Source: Chloroflexota bacterium (GTDB taxonomy: Bacteria > Chloroflexota > Limnocylindria > P2-11E). From it: a stretch of DNA of 41,468 nucleotides. Position numbers and translations under genes: made by a program. This document shows positions 1 to 9,764 of the stretch, one piece after another. The notes beneath the pieces were generated by a model, which saw only the letters and a list, made by a program, of their open reading frames with translations, was not told the DNA's origin and did no database searches. The stretch lies in assembly GCA_005883775.1 (NCBI GenBank), contig VBEU01000056.1, positions 1-41,468 on the forward strand, written 5' to 3'. The first letter of the stretch is position 1, and every line of letters begins with the position of its first letter.

Positions 1-83
1 TTCTCCTGCGCTGCTGCACCGGCCAAGCAGCCAACTCCCAAGCAGGGCTGGCCTGCCCTGCGCCCGCCTACGCTTCGTCGCCC

Positions 84-1418
84 ATGCGCTTCGGACTTGA
101 CTTTGGCACTTCCAACACTTCTCTCGCTGTCAATGACGGCACATCGACCCGTGTACTCCCCATCGACGCGGTGGCTGGCGAGACGATGCCGACCGTCCTT
201 TACATCAGGCGGGATGGGACTCCCATCGTCGGACGAGCGGCCATCGATGCATATCTTGAGGACAACCGGACCCGCGGGCCTCTCCGGCGGGAGGTTCAGC
301 TGCTCGGCATACGCCTGCCGTCAACGGACCCCACGCACAAGAGCCTCGAGGCGTACATCCTCGCCGACACGAGCGCCCCCGGCCGGCTCTTTCAGGCGCT
401 TAAGACCTTTCTCGGTGATCCGCTCGCGACCCGGACGAACGTTTTCGGCGACGCCAAGGGTCTCGAGGACCTGATCGCGCTCATCCTCGGGCACGTCCGA
501 AACCGCGCGCAGGAGCTCACCGGAATCGCACCGGAAGCGATCACGCTCGGCCGGCCCGTCCGCTTCATTGGCGGTGACGACGCCGAGGCTCGCGCGACGG
601 GAAGGCTTCGGGCGGCAGCCGAGCTCGCGGGCTTTCGCGAGGTCCGCTTCGTTCCCGAACCGATCGCCGCCGCGCACGCCGCGAACGTCGAGGCGGGGAC
701 GAGCCTCGTGTTCGACTTCGGGGGCGGCACCCTCGACCTGTGCGTCGTTCGGCGCGACGACCGCGGGAGACTCGCGGTCCTCGCGACCGCGGGCGGTCCG
801 ATCGGCGGCGACCGCGCGACCGAGCTTGTCATCGAGGATGCCGTCGCGCCACGCCTCGGCTCGCGGGCCGAATGGGGACCCAAACGCTTGCGGCTGCCTC
901 GCTACATCGTCAACGCGCTGCGCGACTGGCACGCGCTCTCGGCACTCAACGAGAAGCCGCTCCTCGACGCGCTCGACGACCTCGTGCGCGCCGGTGCGCC
1001 GCGACGCGAGCTCGCGGCGCTGCGCAGCGCGATCGAGCTCCAGCTCGGCTACGAGATCTTCCAGACGACGGACGCGACCAAGATCGACCTCTCGACCGTC
1101 CCCGCGGCGATCCTCACCTATCACCACGCCGAGGTGGACGTCGACGCGCGCGTCACGCGCGGGCGCTTCGAGCATCTGATCCGGCCGCTGCTCGACGAGA
1201 CCGCGACCCTCGTTCGAGGGGTGACCGACGACGCGGGCCTCTCGGCGGCCGAGATCGCGGCGGTCGTCTACACCGGCGGATCGAGCGCGATCCCGGTGTT
1301 CCGCGCTCTCATGCGTGAGCTCGTTCCGAACGCCGTCGCACGTGACGCGGCGGCGTTCACGAGCGTCGCCGCCGGGCTTGCCATGCCCGGCGTGACGGAG
1401 GCGGCGGTCACCGGCTAG
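84..1418 (+). CDS. Hsp70-family ATPase (YegD-like, no substrate-binding domain)
   Basis: GLDFGTSNT, FVPEPIAAA, VFDFGGGTLD and VYTGGSS actin/Hsp70 motifs; 444 aa, NBD only. Confidence 0.88.
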   Translation: MRFGLDFGTSNTSLAVNDGTSTRVLPIDAVAGETMPTVLYIRRDGTPIVGRAAIDAYLEDNRTRGPLRREVQLLGIRLPSTDPTHKSLEAYILADTSAPGRLFQALKTFLGDPLATRTNVFGDAKGLEDLIALILGHVRNRAQELTGIAPEAITLGRPVRFIGGDDAEARATGRLRAAAELAGFREVRFVPEPIAAAHAANVEAGTSLVFDFGGGTLDLCVVRRDDRGRLAVLATAGGPIGGDRATELVIEDAVAPRLGSRAEWGPKRLRLPRYIVNALRDWHALSALNEKPLLDALDDLVRAGAPRRELAALRSAIELQLGYEIFQTTDATKIDLSTVPAAILTYHHAEVDVDARVTRGRFEHLIRPLLDETATLVRGVTDDAGLSAAEIAAVVYTGGSSAIPVFRALMRELVPNAVARDAAAFTSVAAGLAMPGVTEAAVTG

Positions 1419-1435
1419 GGGACAATCGTGGGCTG

Positions 1436-2832
1436 ATGCGTCGTCTGATCCCGTATGCCGGCGCGGCAGCGGCCGTGGCGATCACCACCGCGCTCATCGA
1501 CTTCGTCGTCGGGCGCGCTCAGATCGCGAACATCTCGATGCTCTATCTCGTGGCGGTGCTTGTCGTCGCGGTGGCCTTCGGTCGGGCCGCCGCGATCGTC
1601 GCGAGCGTCCTCGCCTTTGTCACCTTCGACTGGTTCTTCGTGCCGCCGACCCACCAGCTGGTCGTGGCCGACGCGCAGGAGCTCTTCTCGCTGGCGCTCT
1701 TCCTCATCACCGCGGTCGTCACCGGAACGCTCGCGGCACGCGAGCGAGCGCGCGCGCAGGAGGCCGAGCACCGCGAACACGACGCCAAGGTCCTCTACGA
1801 GGCGGCCTTCCTCATGGCGGAGCCGCTCGCGACGAGTCGGCGCGCGCCAGCCTGCGCGCGACCGGCAGTGAGCTCCGGCTGATGAACCCGGCGGGCCCCT
1901 CCCGCACCGTCCGGCTCGTCGGACCTACGACGGCCCGCGCCGGCCGCCGGGCTCGCCTGGTGCCGATCGTCGCGGCGGGCACGCGGGTGGGTCGCCTTGC
2001 GGTGCTGCCCCGAGCGGGAGCCGCAGCGCTCGAAGCGGCCGACGAACGCGTGCTCGCGATCGCCGCCGCGCAGCTGGGACTGACGATCGAGCGTGCGCGA
2101 TTCCGACAGGAGGCCACCGAGTCTGAGGTCCTCCGGCGCTCGGATGATCTCAAGACCGAGCTCCTTCACGCCGTGTCGCACGAGCTCCGCACGCCGCTCG
2201 CGTCGATCCTTGCCTCGGCCGGCAGCCTTCGGCAACACGATGTCGAGTGGACCGAGCGCGAGCGCGACGAGTTCGCGACCGCGATCCAGGACGAGGCCGT
2301 GCGGCTCGACCGCCTCGTGGGCAGCCTTCTCGATCTCTCACGTATCGAGAATGGGAGACTCGTGCCTCACAAGGCCTGGCACGACGTCGGCGCGCTCGTC
2401 GAGGACGTCGCCGGCCGGATGCGACCAGTCACCGCGGGGCACCCCGTGCACCTCGATGTGCCGGAGGACCTTCCGCCGATCGAACTCGACTACGTCGAAA
2501 TCCAGCAGGTCCTCTCGAACCTGGTCGAGAACGCCGCGAAGTTCTCTCCGGCAGGGTCCGAGATCGGAATCAGCGTTGGGCGCGACGACGGAAACGTTCG
2601 CTTCGCCGTTCGCGACCACGGTCCTGGGATCGCGCCGGGTGATGCGGAACGCGTTTTCGAGCCGTTCGTTCGCCTCGCGCGCGCCGGACAGGGGCCGCGC
2701 GGCGTGGGCCTCGGCCTCGCCATCGCCAAGCGTCTCGTCGAAGCGCACGCCGGAACGATCTGGATCGATCGCGGTGTAAGCGACGGAACACGGATCGTCT
2801 TCACGCTCCCGGGCCGCGCCGGTGTCAACTAA
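1436..2832 (+). CDS. kdpD: KdpD-like sensor kinase (DUF4118 4-TM + partial GAF + HisKA/HATPase), split by a frameshift near 1825
   Basis: ORF 1436-1882 has the KdpD TM domain (NISMLYLVAV, FDWFFVPP). ORF 1882-2832 has VSHELRTPL, NLVENAAKF, DHGPGI and GLGLAI. The kinase frame is open upstream of its ATG. Confidence 0.82.
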
Positions 2833-3544
2833 TACCGTGCGCGCGGAGCCGTCGGGGGCGCGTCTTCTCGTGGTCGACGACGAACCATCGATGATCCGGA
2901 CGCTGCGCACGAACCTACGGGGCCACGGCTTCCAGGTCGAAACGGCGGAGACAGCCGGTGATGCGATCGCGAGCTATGAGCGCAAGCAGCCGGATCTCGT
3001 CGTGCTCGACCTCAACCTGCCGGATGGAGATGGGTTCGAGGTGGTCCGTCGCATCCGCGAGCACTCCGGGACGCCGATCATCGTGCTCTCGGCTCGCGGC
3101 GGCGAGACCGACAAAGTGAACGCGCTCGACCTCGGCGCCGACGACTACATGACCAAGCCGTTCGGGATCGATGAGCTCCTGGCGCGAATCCGTGTTGCGC
3201 TCCGCCACGTCGCGCGGCCCGGGACGGGAGCTGAGCCGCGCATCACGAGCGGCGAGCTCGTGGTCGACCTCGAGCTCAGGGAAGTCACCGTTGGGGGCCG
3301 CACGATCCACCTGACGCCCACCGAGTACGACCTCCTCAAGGTCTTCGTCACCAATCCGAACAAAGTGCTGACGGACCGGATGCTCCTGCAGCAGGTCTGG
3401 GGACCGGACTACGGTGATGAATCGCATTACCTGCACGTCTACGTCGCCCGGCTGCGTCGCAAGATCGAGAGCGATCCACAGGACCCCGCGTATCTGGTGA
3501 CCGAACCCGGCGTCGGTTACCGCTTCCGCTCCGAAGAGCTGTAA
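2822..3544 (+). CDS. kdpE: KdpE-like OmpR-family response regulator
   Basis: LVVDDE, VLDLNLPD, DYMTKPF; winged helix ending LRRKIESDPQDPAYLVTEPGVGYRF, typical of KdpE. Confidence 0.88.
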   Translation: MSTNTVRAEPSGARLLVVDDEPSMIRTLRTNLRGHGFQVETAETAGDAIASYERKQPDLVVLDLNLPDGDGFEVVRRIREHSGTPIIVLSARGGETDKVNALDLGADDYMTKPFGIDELLARIRVALRHVARPGTGAEPRITSGELVVDLELREVTVGGRTIHLTPTEYDLLKVFVTNPNKVLTDRMLLQQVWGPDYGDESHYLHVYVARLRRKIESDPQDPAYLVTEPGVGYRFRSEEL

Positions 3545-3550
3545 CCCGCC

Positions 3551-3600
3551 TTTGAGCCGCCGTTGAGGAGGCGGCGGTGTTCATTGACACGCTGTTGAGC
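3551..3600 (+). promoter_or_regulatory. Putative KdpE/OmpR-type tandem direct-repeat binding sites
   Basis: TTGA at 3552, 3563, 3584 and 3595: two pairs with 11-bp period upstream of the kimA-like gene. Confidence 0.5.
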
Positions 3601-3623
3601 GATTTGGGACGAACCTCCTTGGG

Positions 3624-5642
3624 ATGGACTCTCACGGCGAGCGCGGGGATCTTCCGGGGCTTGAACAGCTCGTCCCAAAGCAGGGCCGACGGCCAGGCGA
3701 TCGCTACGTGCGGATCGTTTCGCCCCGGCGCGAATTCCGTCGGGCGGAGGGGCACTACGTAGCGACCGACGCCGCTATTCTCCCGCCCGGTCAGACGGGT
3801 CGAATCCTGGCTGGCATCAGGCACAAGCTTTTTGGGAGGCCGCTTGCGACCGAGGCCGAGGGCTCCGAGCGCCTCACGGTCGCGACCGGCTACGCCATCC
3901 TCGCGTCGGACAACATTTCGTCGTCCGCGTATGCGACCGAGGAGGCGATGCGGGTCCTCGCCCTCGCCGGTGTCGCGGCCCTCTCGCTCACCATGCCGAT
4001 CGCACTCGCGATCGTCGGGGTGCTTGCGGTTGTTGTCCTCTCCCAGCTGCAGGTGATCAAGGCGTATCCGAACGGCGGCGGCAGCTACGTCGTCACGAGC
4101 GACAACCTTGGCCGAGTGCCCGGCCTGATCGCGGCCTCCTCGCTCCTGATCGACTACGTCCTCACGGTCGCGGTCTCGACCGCGGCGGGCGTTGCGGCGA
4201 TCACCTCGTTCGCCCCGGCGCTTCACGACATGCGCGTGCCGCTCGGGCTCGCGTTCATCGCTCTGCTCGCGATCGGGAACCTCCGCGGCATTCGCGAAGC
4301 GGGGATGATCTTCGCGATCCCGACGTACGTCTACGTCCTTTCGCTCGCGGGCCTGATCGGGTATGGCCTGTTCCGAGTGATCGCGGGCGACGTGCCGCCG
4401 CCGGCCATCCCGCCTGACCCTGTTCCGTCGACCGGCATTGCCGCGCTGTCGGTGCTCCTCATCCTCCGCGCGTTCGCGTCTGGCTCGGTCGCGCTCACCG
4501 GTGCGGAGGCGGTCGCGAATGGCGTTCCGAGCATGAAAGCCCCCGAGACGCGGAACGCCTCGATGACTCTCATCCTTATGGCGATCACGTTCGGCACGAT
4601 CTTCCTGGGTCTCACGTTCCTCGCCCAGGCCATCGGGGTCGTGCCGGATCAGCGAGAGCAGGAGACCCTCAACAGCCTCGTAACACGGTCACTGGTCGGC
4701 GACGGTTTCCCCTACTACCTCGTGCAGGTGTCGACCGCGGTCATCCTCGCGCTCGCCGCAAACACCGGGTTCACCGGATTCCCGCGTCTCGCGGCGGTGC
4801 TCGCGAACGATCGCTTCATGCCGCGGCACTTCGCCGATCGCGGCGAGCGCCTCGCCTTCTCCTTCGGCATCCTGGTACTCGCGGCACTTGCGAGCCTCGT
4901 GCTTATCGCGTTTGGCGGGAGCGTCACGGCGCTCATCCCGCTGTACACGATCGGTGTGTTCCTCGCGTTCACCCTTTCGCAGACCGGCCTGGTGCGACGT
5001 TGGCTCCGCCTACGGCCGGGCGGCTGGAAGGTCACGGCGGGGATCAACGGCGTCGGGGCTGTGGTCACCGGTGTCGTGCTGGTCATCACCACGGTCACGA
5101 AGTTCGAGCACGGCGCGTGGATGGTCCTCATCGTCATGCCGTTGCTCGTGCTGCTGCTGCATGGCATCAGCACGCATTACACGGCCGCCCAGGACTCCCT
5201 TGTCGTCGAGGATCTCCGGCAGGACCTGCCGAAGCTCCCGCAGCCAATGGTCATCGTCCCAGTCGCCCGACTCGACCGAACCGCCGTGCACGCGCTGACG
5301 TTCGCATCCTCGATCTCGGATCACGTGCGGGCCGTACACATCGCGACGAGCCACGAGACCGCCGCGGCGTTCCAGCTCCGTTGGGAGGCCTGGGCAGCCG
5401 ACGTCCCGCTCGAGGTGATCGTGTCGCCGTACCGTTCGCTGGTGCCACCGCTGCTCACCTATATCGAGAGGGTCGGGTCGAACTCTGACCGGCCCCTCAC
5501 GATCGTGGTGAGCCAGTTCGTGCCGAGGCACTGGTGGGAGTTTTTCCTGCACAGTCAGACGGCTTTCCGCCTGAAGCTCGCGCTGCTCTTCCGGCCGGAC
5601 ACGATCGTGATCGATGTGCCGTACCACCCGCGCGAGAGCTAG
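3624..5642 (+). CDS. kimA: APC-superfamily KimA/YdaO-like K+ transporter, copy 1
   Basis: ASDNISSSAYATEE, AYPNGGGSY, LTGAEAVANGV, ANTGFTGFPRL; C-terminal cytoplasmic domain (SPYRSL, VPRHWWE..LHSQTA). Confidence 0.85.
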   Translation: MDSHGERGDLPGLEQLVPKQGRRPGDRYVRIVSPRREFRRAEGHYVATDAAILPPGQTGRILAGIRHKLFGRPLATEAEGSERLTVATGYAILASDNISSSAYATEEAMRVLALAGVAALSLTMPIALAIVGVLAVVVLSQLQVIKAYPNGGGSYVVTSDNLGRVPGLIAASSLLIDYVLTVAVSTAAGVAAITSFAPALHDMRVPLGLAFIALLAIGNLRGIREAGMIFAIPTYVYVLSLAGLIGYGLFRVIAGDVPPPAIPPDPVPSTGIAALSVLLILRAFASGSVALTGAEAVANGVPSMKAPETRNASMTLILMAITFGTIFLGLTFLAQAIGVVPDQREQETLNSLVTRSLVGDGFPYYLVQVSTAVILALAANTGFTGFPRLAAVLANDRFMPRHFADRGERLAFSFGILVLAALASLVLIAFGGSVTALIPLYTIGVFLAFTLSQTGLVRRWLRLRPGGWKVTAGINGVGAVVTGVVLVITTVTKFEHGAWMVLIVMPLLVLLLHGISTHYTAAQDSLVVEDLRQDLPKLPQPMVIVPVARLDRTAVHALTFASSISDHVRAVHIATSHETAAAFQLRWEAWAADVPLEVIVSPYRSLVPPLLTYIERVGSNSDRPLTIVVSQFVPRHWWEFFLHSQTAFRLKLALLFRPDTIVIDVPYHPRES

Positions 5643-6295
5643 CCCATCAGGGCTTTGCGGACCTCGCTCTCGGACGCCGTCGGCGAGAAGACCATGACAC
5701 GATCGCCGACCTCCAGCTTGGTGTCGTCGTCAGCATGCATGAGCTTGCCTTTGCGAATGATCCCGCCCACAAGCGCGCCGCTCGGTAAGCGCAGACTCCC
5801 GACGCTCTTTCCCGCGGGCGGCGTCCCGATGGCGATCTCCGCCTCGATCAACTCGTTCGCGGAACCGGCGAGTGACATGAGCGGCATGAAGCCTCCCGAC
5901 GGGAGCTCCTGTTCGATGACGTTCATGAGTACGCGCGTCGATGAGATGGTCTCGTCGATGCCGAGCGTCTTGAAGACGATCTCGTTCTTCGGGTTGTTGA
6001 CGCGCGCGATCACGCGGGGCGTGCGGCAACGTATCTTCGCCAGCTGACAGATCACAAGATTCTTCGCATCGTCGCCAGTAACAGCGATGAGCGCGTCGGC
6101 GCGGCTGCAGCCGGCCTCCATCTGCGCGCGTCCCTCGTCCGCCGGGGCATTCATGACGATCGAGCCGAGCCGCTCCTGGACGAAATTGGCGCGGCGTCGA
6201 TCGGCTTCGATGATCGTGACCTCGTGTCCTGACTCGAGGAGAGCCTGCGAGAGATGGAACCCCACCTCGCCCGCGCCAGCCACGACGAAGTACAT
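5639..6295 (-). CDS. trkA: TrkA/KtrA-family RCK protein (RCK_N + RCK_C)
   Basis: GAGEVG Rossmann motif, AVTGDDAKNL, C-terminal RCK_C (GGIIRKG..LEVGDRV). Confidence 0.88.
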   Translation of the reverse strand: MYFVVAGAGEVGFHLSQALLESGHEVTIIEADRRRANFVQERLGSIVMNAPADEGRAQMEAGCSRADALIAVTGDDAKNLVICQLAKIRCRTPRVIARVNNPKNEIVFKTLGIDETISSTRVLMNVIEQELPSGGFMPLMSLAGSANELIEAEIAIGTPPAGKSVGSLRLPSGALVGGIIRKGKLMHADDDTKLEVGDRVMVFSPTASESEVRKALMG

Positions 6296-6311
6296 CTTTA
6301 CAGCACCATCC

Positions 6312-6827
6312 TTATCGGGCCTTCACCGGGGCCTTCAAGGGCTCGTTGACCATGTCGGCCTCATGCGCCAGCGCTTTCCGCATGAGGACCTCCCCGACCT
6401 CGCGGTCTTCCTGCAGCATCGCGTGAAGGAGCGTACCGAGGATCGTCGTCCGGGAGAACGTGTTGATCCCCATCTCGCGATAGGTCTGCGCGCGCACGGG
6501 GTCGTTCACCTTGGCAATCACCTGTTTTACCCCGAAGATCTTCTGAGCGATCTGCGCCGCCATCAGATTGCGGTTGTCCCCTTCAGTGAGCGCCAGAAGA
6601 GCATCGGCCCGTTCGATCCCAGCTTGGCGAAGGACTTCGAGATCCGTGCCGTCACCCAGGATCGTTTCGCCTTTGAACGACGTGGGAAGATGCTGGAACC
6701 AGGCGCGCTCCGCGCGCGCTGGACTCGTCGACGCGATGTCAACGACGCTCACGCGATGGCCCTCGGAGTCGAGGAGTCCCGCGAGAAACCCACCCACCCG
6801 GCCGCAGCCGACGATGATGACGTTCAC
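6312..6827 (-). CDS. TrkA-family RCK_N-only protein
   Basis: GTG start overlapping usp stop with strong SD (AGGAGGAG); GCGRVG, GDGTD, ALTEGDNRN; no RCK_C. Confidence 0.85.
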   Translation of the reverse strand: MNVIIVGCGRVGGFLAGLLDSEGHRVSVVDIASTSPARAERAWFQHLPTSFKGETILGDGTDLEVLRQAGIERADALLALTEGDNRNLMAAQIAQKIFGVKQVIAKVNDPVRAQTYREMGINTFSRTTILGTLLHAMLQEDREVGEVLMRKALAHEADMVNEPLKAPVKAR

Positions 6828-7252
6828 CTGGTCTCCTCCTGACGATACGCGAGCACCGCACACGGCGCGTTGACGTACACGTTCTGCACGGTTCGCCCCA
6901 CGTACACCCTTCCTAGTCGCTTTCGAAAGGGCATCGCAACGACGATCAGGTCTGACTTCCGTTCCACCGCCGTATCGACGATCGCCGCCGCCGCGTCGCG
7001 CGCCTGGAGGAGCTCGGTGTCGAGCTCGAACCCCGCCTGGTCGGCAACTTTCTTAGCGCTCGCCAGGAGCTCCTCGCCGCGGTCGAGCTCGGGCTCGAGA
7101 ACCGCATCAAGAGGAAGGTTCCACCGCACTTCGATCACGTGGATCCCGATCACTTCAGCCTTCGCGGATTTTGCGATGGGCGACACAAGACGAAGCATGT
7201 CCGGATCCGCGCTCGTCCCCGCGAGGGCGACCAGGATCCGTTTCGGTTGCAT
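6824..7252 (-). CDS. Universal stress protein (USP domain)
   Basis: KRILVAL, IHVIEV, DLIVVA, GRTVQNV..NAPCAVL; 142 aa. Confidence 0.85.
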   Translation of the reverse strand: MQPKRILVALAGTSADPDMLRLVSPIAKSAKAEVIGIHVIEVRWNLPLDAVLEPELDRGEELLASAKKVADQAGFELDTELLQARDAAAAIVDTAVERKSDLIVVAMPFRKRLGRVYVGRTVQNVYVNAPCAVLAYRQEETR

Positions 7253-7265
7253 GAATTGCGCGAGT

Positions 7266-9292
7266 CTAGCGTCGTCGGGTCAGATTCGATGTGTCTTCAA
7301 AGTGGTAAGGGACGTCGATCACGATCGTGTTCGGCCGGAAGAGAAGGGCCGCCTTGAGACGGAACGCGGTCTGGCTGTGCAGGAGCCATTCCCACCAATG
7401 ACGGGGGACGAACTCGCTCAGCACGACCGTGATCGGTCGGTCGTCGGGCTTGCCCATGGCGTCGATGTATTTGAGGAGCGGCGCCAGCAACGATCGGTAG
7501 GGCGAGACGACGATATCCAGCTTGATGTCCGTGTCGAGCTGCTCCCAACGCCGACGGAATTCCTCGGCACTCGTATTGGAAGTCGAGATGTGGACGGCTT
7601 TCACGGTCGGCGAGACGGATCGGGCGAACGCCAGCGCTTGGAGGGCGGCGCGGTCAAGGCGGGCGATGGGCACGATCACGACCGGAGCCGGCAAGAGTAG
7701 AGCAGCGCCGTGATGAGGGGGATGAGCACGAGGACCATCCACGCGCCGTACAGGAACTTGGTGTAAGCGACGACGAGAAGCACCGTGCCGGTCACGACGG
7801 TCCCAAATATGTTGATGACCATGGAAACGCGCCAGCCGCGATTGCGCAGGCGCCGCCAACGGCGCACGAGGCCCGACTGCGAGAGTGTGAAGGCGAGGAA
7901 CACACCGATCGTGTAGAGCGGGACGAGGTTGGTCACGCTCCCGCCGAAAGCCGTCAGGATCAGGCCCGCCAGCAGGGCGAGCACGATGATCCCGAAGTTG
8001 AAGGCCAGGCGCGACCCGACGTCCGCAAAATGGCGTGGCATAAAGCGGTCGTTGGCGAGGACCGACGCCAAACGCGGGAACCCGGTGAATCCGGTATTCG
8101 CGGCCAGCAACAGGATGATGGCCGTCGTGACCTGAACGGCGTAGTAGAACGGTGTGCCCGCACCCACGATCGCACGGGTCATCATGCTGTTGACGGTCTC
8201 CTGCTCGTTCAGATCCGGCTGTATGCCGATGGTCGTGGTGAGGTACGTGATCGCGAGGAAGATGGTCGAGAAGATCGTCCCCATGAGTACGAGGGTGATC
8301 ACCGCATTCTTCCTCTCGGGACGGCGGAAGCTGGGGACGCCATTGGCGACGGCCTCGCTTCCGGTGAGGCCGACCGACCCTGACGCGAACGCGCGAAGGA
8401 CCAATAGCAGAGTCAGGGGCGCGGTCCCCTCCGACGGAAAGGGATTCGGTGGTGCGGCCGGAGCGGGCATGTCGCCCGTCGCGATCCGAAAGAGGCCGAA
8501 GCCCACGAGCCCGTACATCGCGATCATGTACGCGTAGGTTGGAGCCGCAAACAGCAATCCAGCTTCGCGCACACCGCGCAGGTTACCGATGACCAGCAGC
8601 GCGATGAGAACCAGACCAGCTACGACGCGGTAGTCGTGCAACTCAGGTACGAAGCTCGAGATCGCGGCAACGCCCGCGGCGGTCGAGACGGCGACGGTCA
8701 ACACGTAGTCGATGAGCAGAGCCGACGCGGCGACAAGACCGGCGATCACGCCGTGGTTCTCGCGGGCGACCAGATAGCTGCCACCGCCGTTGGGATATGC
8801 CCAGATCACCCGGGACTCCGAAAGAATGACGATCGCAAGAACGAAGACGACCGCGATCGCGATGGGCATCGTGAGCGACAGGGCAGCGACTCCGGCGAGG
8901 ACGAGGATGCGCATCGCTTCCTCGGTCGCGTAGGCCGACGACGAGATGTTGTCGGAGGCCAGGATCGGCAAACCGGTAGCGACGCTGACGCGCTCCTCGC
9001 CCTCGGCTTCAGTCTCGAGGCGTTTGCCGATGAGGAACCGTAAGGTCGCATCCCACGCACGCCCGAGCCGGCCGGTGCGTTCCATGGTCTCCTCGGTGGC
9101 GACCCACCGGCCTCCGTGACCGCGAAGCCCACTGCCGGTTGGCCGGACGATCCGGACGTAGCGGTCGCCGACGTGCCGTCCCGGTTTGCTTACCCGCTTT
9201 TCGAGTGAAGGCGACTCCGGTCGGTCATTCACGCTCGGTGGGTCGGGTGGTCGATCCTTGGGAGTGTCGTCCTCGCCTTCGTCGTCGGTCAC
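7266..9292 (-). CDS. kimA: KimA/YdaO-like APC K+ transporter, copy 2, frameshifted near 7698
   Basis: TM part (7676-9292) is a clear paralog of copy 1. The cytoplasmic domain continues in another frame to 7266, with about 23 codons missing relative to copy 1. Confidence 0.82.
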
Positions 9293-9293
9293 G

Positions 9294-9764
9294 TCAGGGT
9301 TGGGATTGTGGCACGGGACCGCGGGCCCGCTCTGCCGCCGATTGGTCGAGGAGCACGACCTCGCGGGCGGATGCGGCCGCCCGCCGGTCTATCGAGACAA
9401 GATGCGCGGGTGACGTCAGCACCTGGATGGTGAGTGCATCGGGCGGCGGCACCGTGAACATCGCGCGGACGGTGAGCGTGTTGCCGAAGCGATCTACCCG
9501 CGCAATGCGGATGTCATACCCGCCGGTGCGCTGCGAGCCGGCAAAGGCGGCGAGGTAGAAGCGGGTGGCGTCTGGGGTGGCAAGCCGACCAAGCCCGGTG
9601 AGTCCGAGATCGCTCGCGGCGACGACGCGGGGCCCGCCCTCGTACCCCGACTGCTGCGTAGCGCCGTGATCGGTGAACGGAATGTTCTGAGCGTCGGTCA
9701 CGTCTGCCCCCGGTCCACCGCACCCGATCGTGGCGACAAGCAGGAGCTCACAGGCCGAACGCAA
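9294..9764 (-). CDS. Putative lipoprotein with PrcB C-terminal-like domain
   Basis: LLLVATIGC lipobox-like; GSQRTGGYDIRI..P...TIQVLTSPAHLV motif; start uncertain. Confidence 0.65.
   Translation of the reverse strand: MRSACELLLVATIGCGGPGADVTDAQNIPFTDHGATQQSGYEGGPRVVAASDLGLTGLGRLATPDATRFYLAAFAGSQRTGGYDIRIARVDRFGNTLTVRAMFTVPPPDALTIQVLTSPAHLVSIDRRAAASAREVVLLDQSAAERARGPVPQSQP

Noticed and set aside
42-61. GCAGGGC/GCCCTGC hairpin as a terminator
   Set aside because: No U-tract and upstream context is outside the window
3545-3623. c-di-AMP (ydaO) riboswitch upstream of kimA
   Set aside because: The gap is only about 80 nt and lacks recognisable riboswitch motifs; kimA2 has no leader either
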